This document shows positions 38,581-49,517 of a stretch of 64,000 bases of DNA, piece after piece; the first letter of the stretch is position 1; each line of letters starts with the position of its first letter. Under the pieces are notes generated by a model. That model ran no database searches and had not been told where the DNA came from. It worked only from the letters and a program-made list of their open reading frames with translations. Origin of the DNA: a virus (lineage: Duplodnaviria > Caudoviricetes); the IMG/VR virus record IMGVR_UViG_3300021387_001709, positions 64,001-128,000 of that record, one strand, 5' to 3'. A program made the position numbers and the translations under genes.

Positions 38581-39375
38581 TTATTTATTGTCACTATTTA
38601 AATCTCTCATAAAATTAAATGATTCCTTCGGAACTTTAGACATATCAGCAAATCCGCTCATACTGCCGGCTAACAATGCCCGTGTATTTTCATAGATTTG
38701 CAAACGTTGCACAGAATCCATAAACACAACATAGTTAATATCCTTAAGCTGCTCAAGGTTGTACTTAAACCCTGGGTGATTAATGCATGCAGAAACTAAC
38801 GGCAACAACGCGGAAGTAGGAGCATCCCCATCTTTTTTTTGACGAGCCAAATTCTGCTCATCTTCCCAAATGATTGCCTCCTTTGTCGCTTTACCTTTGG
38901 CCTTTTCAACCTTTGGATGAATGTTGAAAGCAGTGCGATAATACTCTGAAATTGTAGTATAATCCTCTTCACTAATTTCTATATCATCCGCGGCATCATA
39001 AAGCGTTACTACCTATGAATCAACCAGATTGCCATCTTCATCCGCTTGCTAAACATTTTTGGCATATAAGTCGAATTTCTCCCAGTCTATGTCACCAAAC
39101 AATAATTTTGTAACCTCAGGAGTTTGACCCTTATATAGCATAAGGAACAGCTAGTAATCTGTTATTTTATTCCAATCAACCCCGGCTTTCCAGAGTTGGA
39201 GTCGGTATGTTGTAGGATTACTAACCCATATGTTTAATGAGCCGTAAAACGTAATGTCAGCATCCGGCAAATAGAGAATATCTCCAATTGTTGGGATATG
39301 CAGTGTCATGCCATTACCGACTTCATACGGTAGTCCAAAGTACATCTTTAGAGGATTGAATTTAAACTCGCCCAT
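38581..39375 (-). CDS. Tail/neck-region structural protein, 264 aa in code 15
   Basis: Track fragments 39151..39384 and 38581..38850 share a frame and join through TAG. Confidence 0.65.
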
Positions 39376-39376
39376 A

Positions 39377-39943
39377 TTAACCACCTATTTTATTTACCAC
39401 GCGCGAAACATTATCTTTGGTTTTAACAATATCTTTGCCCATAACCATTTCGAATGTTATAGTGCGAGTAGCATAGTCATTATCCGTGACAGACGGTAAA
39501 TCTGATAGCACATGACATTGTGTTCCAAATTTATTTGTCCAATTAAATAAATGTTTTATTCTGGCAGCAATTAAATCGTGGCGAGCAATACCGGTAAGTT
39601 TTTCAGTACCGTTCTTTTCTTCACAAAGTATATAGAAAATAATATCTACATACATAAGGCTGTCATTATATCTAGGCGTTTCTTTAAATTGCACCTCATA
39701 ACAAATAAAATTCTAAACATTGTGCTGAGTAGGATGAATCATATAGTACGGAAGTATATTAACATCTAAATAATCGCTTGGGTCTGCATTCTCATCCTCA
39801 AGTTCCTTGTTGTTTAATAAATAAATAATCAAAGGATCATCTATGAGAGTTTTTTTAATAATTTCTTTAAAACGTATATTGTTATCATCCATTGTAGATT
39901 TATAGGCACGAAGTTCCTGAAGTTGTTCAGTTGTTAATTCCAT
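39377..39943 (-). CDS. Putative tail completion/terminator protein, 188 aa in code 15
   Basis: Fragments 39713..39943 and 39377..39694 are joined by one TAG (QHNVQNFICYEV). Called by position. Confidence 0.65.
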
Positions 39944-39956
39944 AACTCATACCTCC

Positions 39957-41407
39957 TTACAACGCAATGATTTCAATTGGCAGCGAAGCGATTATATCTT
40001 CGCCATCAACTTTATAGGTTACAGTAAGTATTTTGCCGATATACGAATCGTCTCCCAAGAACTTAACCTTAACATGATTATCTGTTGCAGATAACGTCAG
40101 CAATTCTTGCGGAACGGAATTCCCATCTATAGAAAAATCCCAAGTACCTGGAAGTGCATCTACCGGCATACCGTCTTTGTCGGCAAATACCACAGTGAAT
40201 GTTTTAGCAGAGCCGCCTATACGAATCTGCTGTTTACCGGAGCATGTAATTGTAGCGGTGGTAGTGGGAGAAGGAGTAATATCATCTACAGGAATTGCCG
40301 GAGTCGGCTCTACTTCACTAGCTTTCCAATCCGCCCACCAAGCAATTACATTACCATCAACATCATAATCAGCCTTAAGTGTATGTTGATTAGCAAGATC
40401 TTGCGCACAAGTAAAAATCGCAATTCCTTTGGAATTACTGCGATTGACCTTACTAATCTAAAAAACTCTAGGCTCAGTTAGCACATTGGCATCTATCACT
40501 AAAAACGTATTGTAATATAGGTGTTCCGTGTCTCGATTTAATGGAAGACAAAACTGAGTCTAGTCTTCTACTTGCGTCACCTTGTAGTCAGTCCACAATC
40601 CGCTCATTATGTTATCATAAGGCTTTTTATCCTTATTTCTTACCGTCGCCGGTAAGATCAGCATATGTTTTCTCCATATCATTAATCGACTTAGGAGTCG
40701 GACACTCGTGGGAATATTATATTTATTCAATTCCTATGCGTTACAATACTTCGCGACCTTTCGCTATTCGCGAAGTTATCTCGGCGTTGTCTACAGGAGA
40801 GTTTCACCGATTTTGCCCGATTTTCACTTATAAGTTTCCTTATAAGGCAACAATTTTTATTGTACGAATTCTGGCTTCTGCTAACCCCCGGGAACTCATA
40901 ATATTTCCCATCTTTAATCCAGCGGAACACTTCATCGCAACGAAGCACCTCCCAAGTCGGAAACATATTTTCATCCCGGTCGGCTGTAGCAACCACTAAC
41001 CATCTGCGGTATATGTCATCTTCTCCCTTTAGCCAAACATAAAGACCAACTGGATATCTGGCTCTATACCGCTTACCAAACACTTCTTCGTAATAATCAA
41101 CCTCGCACTCATGACCAGGTCTAAACTGAATATGCATAGTTACCTCGTCTTTCTAAAATGTTTTTTTCGAGTGTGCAATAAATTTCACATCTATAGGTGT
41201 TGGATTTGTATCCTCTTCCGGATTAAATCCTTCAAGACGAAGTCTATTCTACGGCGCAGTATGGTAGTAATCGAAGAAATATCCTACCTAATACTAAACA
41301 TCCTATGTAAACGTAGCATCCATGATTACATCACTTTGCTACTTCCTCGCCCTCCCCGGTACACTAATATTATTGTGCATTGCCTGAAAATCTCTGTAGG
41401 TAATCAT
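39957..41407 (-). CDS. Neck/head-closure structural protein, join(40859..41407, 39957..40604), 398 aa
   Basis: Several TAGs in exon 1. Splicing gives the continuous SRSQNSYN|SGLWTDYKV. Confidence 0.7.
40605..40858 (-). mobile_element. Group I intron (254 nt, no ORF) in the neck gene
   Basis: ACAAU|AAAAAUUGUUG P1. P7 elements GTAACGCATAG and ACATATGCTGA. Terminal G, and it explains the frame change. Confidence 0.8.
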
Positions 41408-41408
41408 A

Positions 41409-41741
41409 TCAATCACCTTCCTTTATTTTCATAATCTCCGCACCGGCATCTAGGATAAGCTTCCGGTAATTTTTAAAATCAAAACTTTCACTTAGGTACT
41501 CGGATTTCGCCGACTCAAGAATGCTCATTGTAAGCACAAGTTCCGGCGGTTCGCGCAAAATACCATTTAAACCATTTAATTTATATTGTAAGCTATGGAA
41601 TGCCTCCACAACATCAATATTGGGATATTCTTCCTTAGTATTCGGATCCACATAAAGCAACAGGAAGAAAATTGCCTTACGCAAAGAAATTTTAGTAGAA
41701 TGAATCTGAGCAGAAGAGTAGTCGCCATACCGAGTTTTCAT
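41409..41741 (-). CDS. Hypothetical head-tail region protein
   Basis: Intact ORF with an ATGA overlap. Confidence 0.65.
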   Translation of the reverse strand: MKTRYGDYSSAQIHSTKISLRKAIFFLLLYVDPNTKEEYPNIDVVEAFHSLQYKLNGLNGILREPPELVLTMSILESAKSEYLSESFDFKNYRKLILDAGAEIMKIKEGD

Positions 41742-42202
41742 ACAGTATCAACCCCATTGATAACGGATAAACTATATCCATAATCTCGGATAAGTTTGCG
41801 AAGATCAGTTTGAGCTTTGGTGTACATAGCATGAAGCTCGTTCATTTGAGTTGACTATGCATAGAACTTCTATTCGCTGTTCGATATTAATTGTGATGTC
41901 AACAGCGTAGAATGGTATTTGGGATCTAGCCACCGTTCAACCATCCCCAAAGCCAATACTTCCTCCACAAAATCCTTATCGGAATCCTCGTCCAGAGAAT
42001 TCCGCAATTCGTATTCTATCTCTTCTATATCTTCATCCAGCGTTACCGACTAAAAAAGCCTACGCACCATTGGTTTGGATAGCGTAGACTTCAAGTAGCC
42101 GAGTAACATTTGCTTTACTAATTTTTCTTCTAATCCCGATGTCTCGTAATCTTTTACACGCAGGTAAAAGCGAGAATATATTTCATCAAATTCAGAGGTC
42201 AT
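41738..42202 (-). CDS. Putative head-tail connector, 154 aa in code 15; missed by the track
   Basis: AAGGAGG RBS, MTSEFDEIYSRFYLRVKDY..., several TAGs, TGA at 41738. Confidence 0.7.
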
Positions 42203-42217
42203 GGGATACCTCCTTTA

Positions 42218-42895
42218 TTAGATAAACTCTTTAATTCCGGTGCCCAGAATATTATCAATAATGACGAGTTTCTGCAAAGACGGATAGTTTTCATTACGAA
42301 TCATATCCATTGCGGTATATTCAATAACAGATTTAAACGTATCCGAAGATTCGTTTAACATCTTTTCAAACTCCTCGTCTGATTTTTCGAAAAACTCTTC
42401 TGGGTAATCTACACCTAAATATTTCTGATAAACATTTCCAATATCATGTTTCCACTGGTCACAAATATCCGGGTCTTCAATCATAATCATAGCATCCATA
42501 ATTACCGGTTTTCTACGCCATGACTGAAGATCTCTATAAGCAACATATTCGATGTCTCCAAAATGAGGCCATTTATATGTCGTCATCTTATCAAGACCTA
42601 CGGTTTCAAGATACCATGGGACAATACTTCTACATGGGATCAAGTCATCAGGTGCAAATTTCTTTACAACTTTGGGAGGTACTGTTTTTCGCTGCTTTGT
42701 AGAAGCAGTAGTTTTCGCAACAGTAGCAGTAGGAGTCTTTGAAACAGGTTTCGCAAAATTATCCCTAGCGTCTTTAATCATAGCTTCGTCAACAGACTGC
42801 ATATGACTAGAAATTTTATAACCTTTGCTTTTTAAGAAATCAATTAACTCCTTATTCTTCACTCCCAGCTCTTTAGATAATTCATTTACAATCAT
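42218..42895 (-). CDS. Protein with an N-terminal IF2_N-like domain, downstream of the major capsid gene
   Basis: MIVNELSKELGVKNKELIDFLKSKGYKISSHMQSVDE closely follows the pattern of the translation initiation factor IF2 N-terminal domain. Confidence 0.7.
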   Translation of the reverse strand: MIVNELSKELGVKNKELIDFLKSKGYKISSHMQSVDEAMIKDARDNFAKPVSKTPTATVAKTTASTKQRKTVPPKVVKKFAPDDLIPCRSIVPWYLETVGLDKMTTYKWPHFGDIEYVAYRDLQSWRRKPVIMDAMIMIEDPDICDQWKHDIGNVYQKYLGVDYPEEFFEKSDEEFEKMLNESSDTFKSVIEYTAMDMIRNENYPSLQKLVIIDNILGTGIKEFI

Positions 42896-42927
42896 CTCAA
42901 TACTCCTTTTAATCCATTAAGAAAAAA

Positions 42928-45201
42928 TCAAGCGTTATCAATAATCACACCAAACAGCTCATCAATAACAACGCCGATTCCCTCGTAGTACCAGATCTCA
43001 GCTTCAATTGTACGATCCTGAAGAGAGCCGTCCATTCCACGTTCGAAGTATTCTACGTCGCCCTCATTAACTCTCTTAATCGGTTTGAAAGAGTCATCAA
43101 TCGGAACGATGAAAATCTTCTTATTATCATTAGCGGTAAAGATAGAGGTACGAGTGCCTTCCTCATTTACTCTGTCAAGAACAAGACAATCATAGCCTTC
43201 CCACATTCCAAGCATACCTTTTTCATGGAGTTCCTGTTTCATATCATTACTCCACATTTTGTAATTCACGGTATTCTGAAGTTTCTGCATTGCAACACGA
43301 GTACCTACAAGCATAACATCCTTACCGGTTGTAGCTTTAACTGCCTCAATTTTATCAATGATAGAATCTTTAGTAGCCTCAGTAATTGCAATACTAGCTT
43401 TCATATCAGCCGGAAGATAAGAGTCAAGGCTCATGAATGCAGTATAAAGCGCAGAATAACGATGTTTTTCGATGCTTCTATACATAAGGTCTACCATTTC
43501 GGAGAAATCAACCTTGCCAAGCATAAACATCTCAAAATCAGTATAAACTTTAATTACATACGGATAAGTATCAATCGAGAATCCTTTTCCCGGAAGGACT
43601 TTCTGACGTACACTTTTTTGTTTAACATATATTATTTTTCCAAATTTTTATCATCAAATATAAAATGCCAATGGTATCCTCCGCAGGTATGACGTTCACC
43701 ACGGCAAGCTTTTAGAATTCCTCCGCTTTCCAGTTGTAATTCCTTTGAAGCAGTAGAGGCATTTATATATTCCATATTTAACTCTTCACAGAATACTTTA
43801 GTATAATTTTTATTATAAGGTTCGTAATGTTTCTCTTTTTTCGCATCACTTATTTTCTTTTTTGTCTCCTCTGTATGATGCTTTCCATACATAACATTAT
43901 TCTCACCAAGTATTCTTTCTTTATTTAAAGGATTTTCCCAATAGCGTCTTGTAGTCTCACTCCTTCGTTGTCTCAAATCCCCATTTTCATATGAGCGTTT
44001 AACGGACTCACTCATTTTATTTTTTATTTCATCCGTATAATATGAGGAGCAATTCTACCCACCTGTTTTTTTATTATATCCATACTTTCTGTTTAATGCG
44101 TTATAATATTCAATATAATATATTTCTTTTTCATCAAGTTCATTTGCATCACATTCCTCTATAATATAAAAAATGAAATTATTTTCTCCATATTTATTCC
44201 AAGAATTCTGCAAATGACTATTCCCATGATAGTTTGACTTCAATGCATTTTTATGTTTTCTCCATCTGTCATATATATCATGTGCCTATCCGACATATTT
44301 TTTATGATTAACTATATTTTCTATACAATATATCCCAGATATTATATCTTTCTTCATTATTACCTACCTTTTTTATATTTGGAAAAATAATTTTATTGGG
44401 GTCGCTACTCCCAGTTCGGTTTAAAACCGCTCAAGCTTTCACTTGAGAACAGACTATATCTTTTTCGTTAAATAACGAACACACCATTTCCATTTAAGGG
44501 GTTTTCACCCACCCGCTTGGGCCGTACTCCTATTGTCACATTATATGACCATGGGATAGTCGTTGAACATTCTCTTATTTAGAGCTTTGCTGCTGATTGC
44601 CCATTACCAAAACAACAGGGGATTTAACCTCGTTGTCATACAATTAATTTTTTCTACTTTCGTAACCATCACATTTGTACTTATTCATTACTCTGTTGTG
44701 GTTTAATTGTCTTTGGGGTTTCCCAGCAATTAGATGTGTATTTTAACATACAGCTTACGCTATACGGACACTGTTTTAGCCAATGTCATGATGATTGCCA
44801 GCCCATTTGCTAACCTGAAGAAGAGCAGTATTATTAGCTGTGAAATAATTCATATCACCGCGAGCAATATTAACATCCTCTACATAGTTCATAAAACGAG
44901 CATTCGTAGAATCCCAGCCGGAAACCATCTTGTCAGCAAGGACATTTTCGATTACAGAACAGATCTCAATGCCATGTGCTCTCCAAGCCTGTCTACGCTC
45001 CATACGTTTGGCATTCTTAAAGTCAATACCAAGAATCTTATTAAACTAGTTACGAATAATCTCAGAAGTCTGAGCCTTAGAATATTTTTCATAAACACCA
45101 TTTGTGGCGTCCATCATAAGATCGTTGAACTGAAGCATATTCTCATAGTTATTATCAAATTTTGCAACAACATTATTGCTAAAGCATGTAATATCTTTCA
45201 T
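42928..45201 (-). CDS. Major capsid protein (SPbeta YonB-like), join(44783..45201, 42928..43612), 367 aa
   Basis: Position after scaffold and decoration genes. One TAG in exon 1. Splicing gives WAGNHHDI|VRQKVLPGKGFSIDT. Confidence 0.8.
43613..44782 (-). mobile_element. Group I intron (1170 nt) in the major capsid gene, carrying a homing endonuclease
   Basis: GACAU|UGGCUAAAACAGUGUC P1/P10. P7 elements GTTCAACGACTATC and AAGATATAGTCT. Terminal G. Confidence 0.88.
43632..44357 (-). CDS. Intron-encoded GIY-YIG homing endonuclease with NUMOD3/NUMOD1-like domains, 241 aa in code 15
   Basis: SGIYCIENIVNHKKYVG(TAG=Q)A...RW..H, GYN..GG(TAG=Q), MYGKHHTEETKKKIS, C-terminal CGGYHW. Confidence 0.88.
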
Positions 45202-45226
45202 TTCTTTTCACCTCTCTTCCTTACCA

Positions 45227-45835
45227 TTAGTTATTATTATCCACGTTCTGAATCACATAAATACGAACAAGAGTATAATCATTGTTTGTATAAATGCTAT
45301 GAACACGACCAACAAAACCAAAGTTTGCCATTGTCGGAGCGGCTACCTGAGCAACATATTTTCCTGTTCCATCAAGAACAACATATGCGTCCTCTCTTAC
45401 ATTAGTCTGAGAAGCTTCGGTAAACATGTTGAGAGATACTCCAAAAATGTCTCCATCATATTTGTCGCCAACTACCTCATAAACCTTAGAGTCCTGTCCG
45501 GCTTTATTGTAGAAGAATCCCTCGGATGCTTCATACTGGCTTCTCGCATCTTTAATAAGTGCGGGAGAACCAACGATTCCGACTTTATCCTTAACACCGG
45601 CGATTGTCGCATAACGCTCCTGGAGACCTTTATCATTATGAGTGAAGTCCCCAACTTTCACCGCAACGGCATTATCTACGTTGATAGGTGTTCTTGTGAT
45701 GTTTGCACCGGTGCCGGTCTCGGTTACTACAAGGCAATCCCAGAGGTGTCCGGAAATTGTACTTTTGAGCAGGGAGGATTCGAAAATCCCATGAGTACCG
45801 CCGGCAAGTTCAGTTAAATTACTAAAAATAGCCAT
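45227..45835 (-). CDS. Capsid decoration / minor head protein (YonC-like position)
   Basis: AAGGAG RBS before MAIFSNL, between the scaffold and major capsid genes. Confidence 0.65.
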   Translation of the reverse strand: MAIFSNLTELAGGTHGIFESSLLKSTISGHLWDCLVVTETGTGANITRTPINVDNAVAVKVGDFTHNDKGLQERYATIAGVKDKVGIVGSPALIKDARSQYEASEGFFYNKAGQDSKVYEVVGDKYDGDIFGVSLNMFTEASQTNVREDAYVVLDGTGKYVAQVAAPTMANFGFVGRVHSIYTNNDYTLVRIYVIQNVDNNN

Positions 45836-45919
45836 AGTTTTTATTTCTCCTTTCTTTATAATAAATTTCAAAATGATAAGAGATTTTACTCTCCATTATT
45901 AACTAACTTTTTAATAGAA

Positions 45920-47629
45920 TCATTTCCTAGAATTAAGAAGCCCATCTAAAAACGAACTGTTATGTTCTACCCTTGCAAATGCAAAGAAATCTTTCTTCGG
46001 TTCTTCTTTCTTCTCGGAAGTATCTGCCGCAAAATTTAACTTACCGGCCTTTGCATACTGAAGCAGAATTGCGTCAGCTTTATCTTTGACTTCATCAACC
46101 GTAAGATTAAAATAATTCTCACGTTTCTTAAGATCTTCAAATTCCTGAGTACCGGCAATACTTGTATAATCTGCGGAATTAAGAACTTCAACCTTCTCCG
46201 GTTCAGATTCATATTTAGCAAGTTTATCAGAAATATCAGAATAATTACTCTTCATAGACTCAAGCTGAGCTTGCTCGTCCTTGCTTAAATACGTACAGAA
46301 CACCTCGGTGCGATCACCCTTTAAGGAATATACATCTTTCTTCACCTGATAAGATTGACGGTAATGTTTCCCATTCCAATAATCATGCATATACACGATT
46401 TTCTCATCTTCCAGTGCGTCCACGTCATACCAGGCATTATCGCTTTCTCCGTAAGTGGAATTCACAAGCTCATAAAGTGCGTTAAGTTTCTCCATCAGAG
46501 TAGAAGAGAACGTCTTTACTTCACCGTTAAAAGACACAGTTTTGTTAATACTATATTCCTTCTGCTGACCATTGTTTAGAACACCGTCATCAGTTACGGC
46601 GTCTTCCGGTTCTTCTTCCTCAGAATCGTCGGTGGTGTCTTCGTCATCAGAAGTGCCTTCGCCATCCGAATCATCTTCTCCATCAAATTCATCAACCACT
46701 TCGGGAGTTTCTTCGGTAACTTCTTCATCCACTTTTTCAGAAGATTCTGTCTCGGTAACCTGAGTTTCCTCATCAATGGTTTCATTCAATTCGATGTTTT
46801 CTTCCTCAATAGTCTCATCTGCTTTGTTTTCATCAAATTCCAAACCATGTTCCTCCTTTCTTTGGTCGTTATTTATATGATTATCAAGCTTATTCATAAC
46901 AGCTTGCGTAATCTCATCAATCAATTCTGCCTTATTAAACATAACAGAATTATTTTCGGCGCTAAAATCAGCAATATCTAATCTGGCGCCCTCCATGCCT
47001 TCACCAATTTCTTCTCCGGAAACGGGATCTACTCCGAGTAATGTGGCACCTAACACAACCACATCTTCAAGGACAAGTTCCTTCTCCTTTGAATCATAAG
47101 ACATTTTATTTACACCCAATTCAGCAGAAAGTTTCGTCCCGCCTTTGCGTTCAATTATATCGGCAGCAGCAGTGTAGTTTCTCGGAATTGCGCATTTCGC
47201 AAACAAATATTTTCTGTCTTCATGCTCAGAATCCTATTCGATATAAGGTTTATCTGCTGTAAAGCATCCCACTTGTTTTTCATAGTATGTAATAGAACCA
47301 TCATCATTAAACTCAAAATCGTGAGAAGTAAAATCCAGTTCTCCGTTTACATCTGTAAAATTTGCAAGAATCGGTTTATACGCAACAGTAGAAGCGCTAT
47401 TCTTCAAACCTTCTTCTGTTAAATTTGACCGGTTTTTGTTGCGTCCGCAATGCATCAGCTTAACCGTACCAATTAACAAAGAATCATCTTCTGAATCTTC
47501 CTTATCAAATACCGCCGGCACTTGTACACTTAGCTGATATCCAGTCTCTTTCGAATCAAAAGAATTAAAATTCTGCTATTCACAAAATTCAATTAAATTC
47601 TCTAATGTCAGAATTTTCTTCTTCAACAT
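45920..47629 (-). CDS. Prohead protease/scaffold (YonD-like), 569 aa in code 15
   Basis: Track fragments joined by TAG. MHCGRNKNRS and KLSAEL protease-type motifs, followed by a long acidic scaffold region. Confidence 0.75.
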
Positions 47630-47676
47630 ACTTCCTCCCTTCTTTTTAGAATTTCTCTCCAAAGAATAGGAGAGTA

Positions 47677-47859
47677 TCAAAATGTTATTTTATTCGTAAA
47701 ATTTAACTTCATACCGTCATCAGCGGAAAACGTCAAATTAGTATTATTAATAAATACCCATTGACTCCCTTCTTTCGGAAGTTCTTCGTAACCGAGTTGG
47801 CGCAATTTCTCGGCGGTTTCCTCATCAGATGTATGAATAAAAAATTGTTTATTTCCCAT
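47677..47859 (-). CDS. Small hypothetical protein
   Basis: AGGTGA RBS before MGNKQFFIHT. Confidence 0.6.
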   Translation of the reverse strand: MGNKQFFIHTSDEETAEKLRQLGYEELPKEGSQWVFINNTNLTFSADDGMKLNFTNKITF

Positions 47860-47863
47860 AATA

Positions 47864-48088
47864 TCACCTACAAACATCATTAATTATGTCAGCGGTTTTT
47901 GTAAGTTCTTCGCGAGCCTTTTCACTAAACCCTGTGTCAGCAACTAATGCCTATGCAAGATACAGACAAAAATTTAGAAGAAATTCATCCTCAACATCAG
48001 TAGTAGATTCATCACTATTAAATACCTTATCTGATATTTGGTTATATTTTTCTATACACTCAGTTGTGTTTGGGTAAAAATTTTTCAT
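47864..48088 (-). CDS. Small hypothetical protein, 74 aa in code 15
   Basis: Doubled AAAGGA RBS, one TAG, TGA end. Confidence 0.55.
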
Positions 48089-48095
48089 TTTCCTT

Positions 48096-48818
48096 TTATC
48101 TCCTTTTATAATTTATATTTTCAAGTAATAGTTTATATTTATCCGGAAGTTCATTTAGACGATACCAAAAATATCCGTAAGCCTTGTGTGTTTTACTAGT
48201 AATAGTATAGGCTAATTTTAACGTTTTCTATTTAAATTCTGGATTTAAAGAAATAATTATACTCGGTGAATCATATACACCTATTATTTCAGTACAAGCA
48301 TCATTCATCTATATGATGCCACCGTATTTTTGCTTGAACTTAAGCGTACATATCTCACTGCTTGATAACCATTTAATATTATGTTTTAGTAATATTTTTT
48401 TAATCGTTTCGGGTGATACCTAAAAATATTTCGCCGTAAGACCAGCTATATAATTATTCTATATATGGATATTAATAACTTTCTCTTCGTCCAAATTTAA
48501 ATAACTTTTGCCATCTCCGCCGAGAGTCCCATTATATCCCTTACAATCTTTGTATCCTACATATGCACGATATTTTTCAATGTAATATTTTTCTCTATCA
48601 CATAAATACTAACCATTTTCAGCTTCTTCAATTACATCAAAATGAAAATGCTCTACGCCATAACAATTCATCGCGTCATATAAAGGGCGCTTTTCAAATC
48701 TCCGGCGCTTATAATCACTCTAGTGTTCTTTCCATCTATCATAAGGATTATTATCCTCTGTTTTCCCAATATAAACTTTATCATTAATGTCGCAAGTTAT
48801 TTTATAAATCCAACCCAT
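48096..48818 (-). CDS. Free-standing GIY-YIG endonuclease, 240 aa in code 15; missed by the track
   Basis: MGWIYKITCDINDKVYIGKT...RW.EH...GYNGTLGGDG and C-terminal AYGYFW. At least six in-frame TAGs, AGGAGG RBS. Confidence 0.8.
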
Positions 48819-48928
48819 AATTTTACCTCCTAGTGTAATATAACCTAGCTATCATAAACACAGAATAGGAGAGAGCTAGGACATCTCTCCATATAAGGTT
48901 TGCAACTCCTTATATTATTCTGTGTGAG

Positions 48929-49000
48929 CAAGGGCGCCAGGTGCCGTCCCCGGTCCTCGCGGGTTAGAGCCGCGCGCACTAGCTGGTATGCTACGCCCCT
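48929..49000 (-). tRNA. Amber suppressor tRNA (anticodon CUA)
   Basis: Cloverleaf: AGGGGCG/CGCCCTT acceptor, GCAT/GTGC D stem, CGCGG-CTCTAAC-CCGCG anticodon arm, CCGGG/CCTGG T stem, G73. No encoded CCA. Confidence 0.88.
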
Positions 49001-49081
49001 ATAAAACATTAACGCATTACCGCGCTAAATTCATTAAATAAAATAATAGAGCGGGAGCTTAATCCCGCTCTTAATTACCAA

Positions 49082-49489
49082 TTATAAATATTTGTCATAA
49101 AATTCATCATTAACTAAATCAACAACTTTATCAAGAATATCAAGGTTTTTAATAGCATCATTTAATTCTTTATAAAGATATCTATTCGGAACAGGATTAT
49201 GTGCTACATCTCCATAAACACGAAAATCATGTTCTGCACAATCTACAAAAGATTTACACTCAGTTTCATCTATATTATAAAATACTACGCCAACTGTCTC
49301 TTCATATTTCCCAGTAGAATCATTATATTTGCAAATCAAATAATTATCATCCGGATAATCTGTAGACTTAAACCATGATATTATTTCATCACCCGGTTCA
49401 TTATCGCAACTATAAATAACATCATAATCAACGCGATAAACCGCACCACATATACTCAATATATTATTTAGTTTTAGAATTTTATACAT
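49082..49489 (-). CDS. Hypothetical protein
   Basis: Intact ORF with RBS, followed by a hairpin at 49048..49071. Confidence 0.6.
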   Translation of the reverse strand: MYKILKLNNILSICGAVYRVDYDVIYSCDNEPGDEIISWFKSTDYPDDNYLICKYNDSTGKYEETVGVVFYNIDETECKSFVDCAEHDFRVYGDVAHNPVPNRYLYKELNDAIKNLDILDKVVDLVNDEFYDKYL

Positions 49490-49517
49490 TTGTTTCTCCT
49501 TTTAAATCCTATAGTTT

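Noticed and set aside
40727-40858. C-terminal extension KNCCLIRK... of track ORF 40727..41137
   Set aside because: This is read-through into the group I intron, not protein.
48820-48928. Theta (HDV-like) ribozyme in the suppressor tRNA trailer
   Set aside because: I could not fit the nested double-pseudoknot pattern by eye. The trailer folds better as the endonuclease leader motif. A motif search would settle it.
48929-49000. tRNA-Pyl / pyrrolysine decoding
   Set aside because: It lacks GG and TTC like tRNA-Pyl, but has a 5-bp anticodon stem, a two-base 8-9 linker and a normal D loop. No pyl genes are in the window, and TAG maps to Gln sites.
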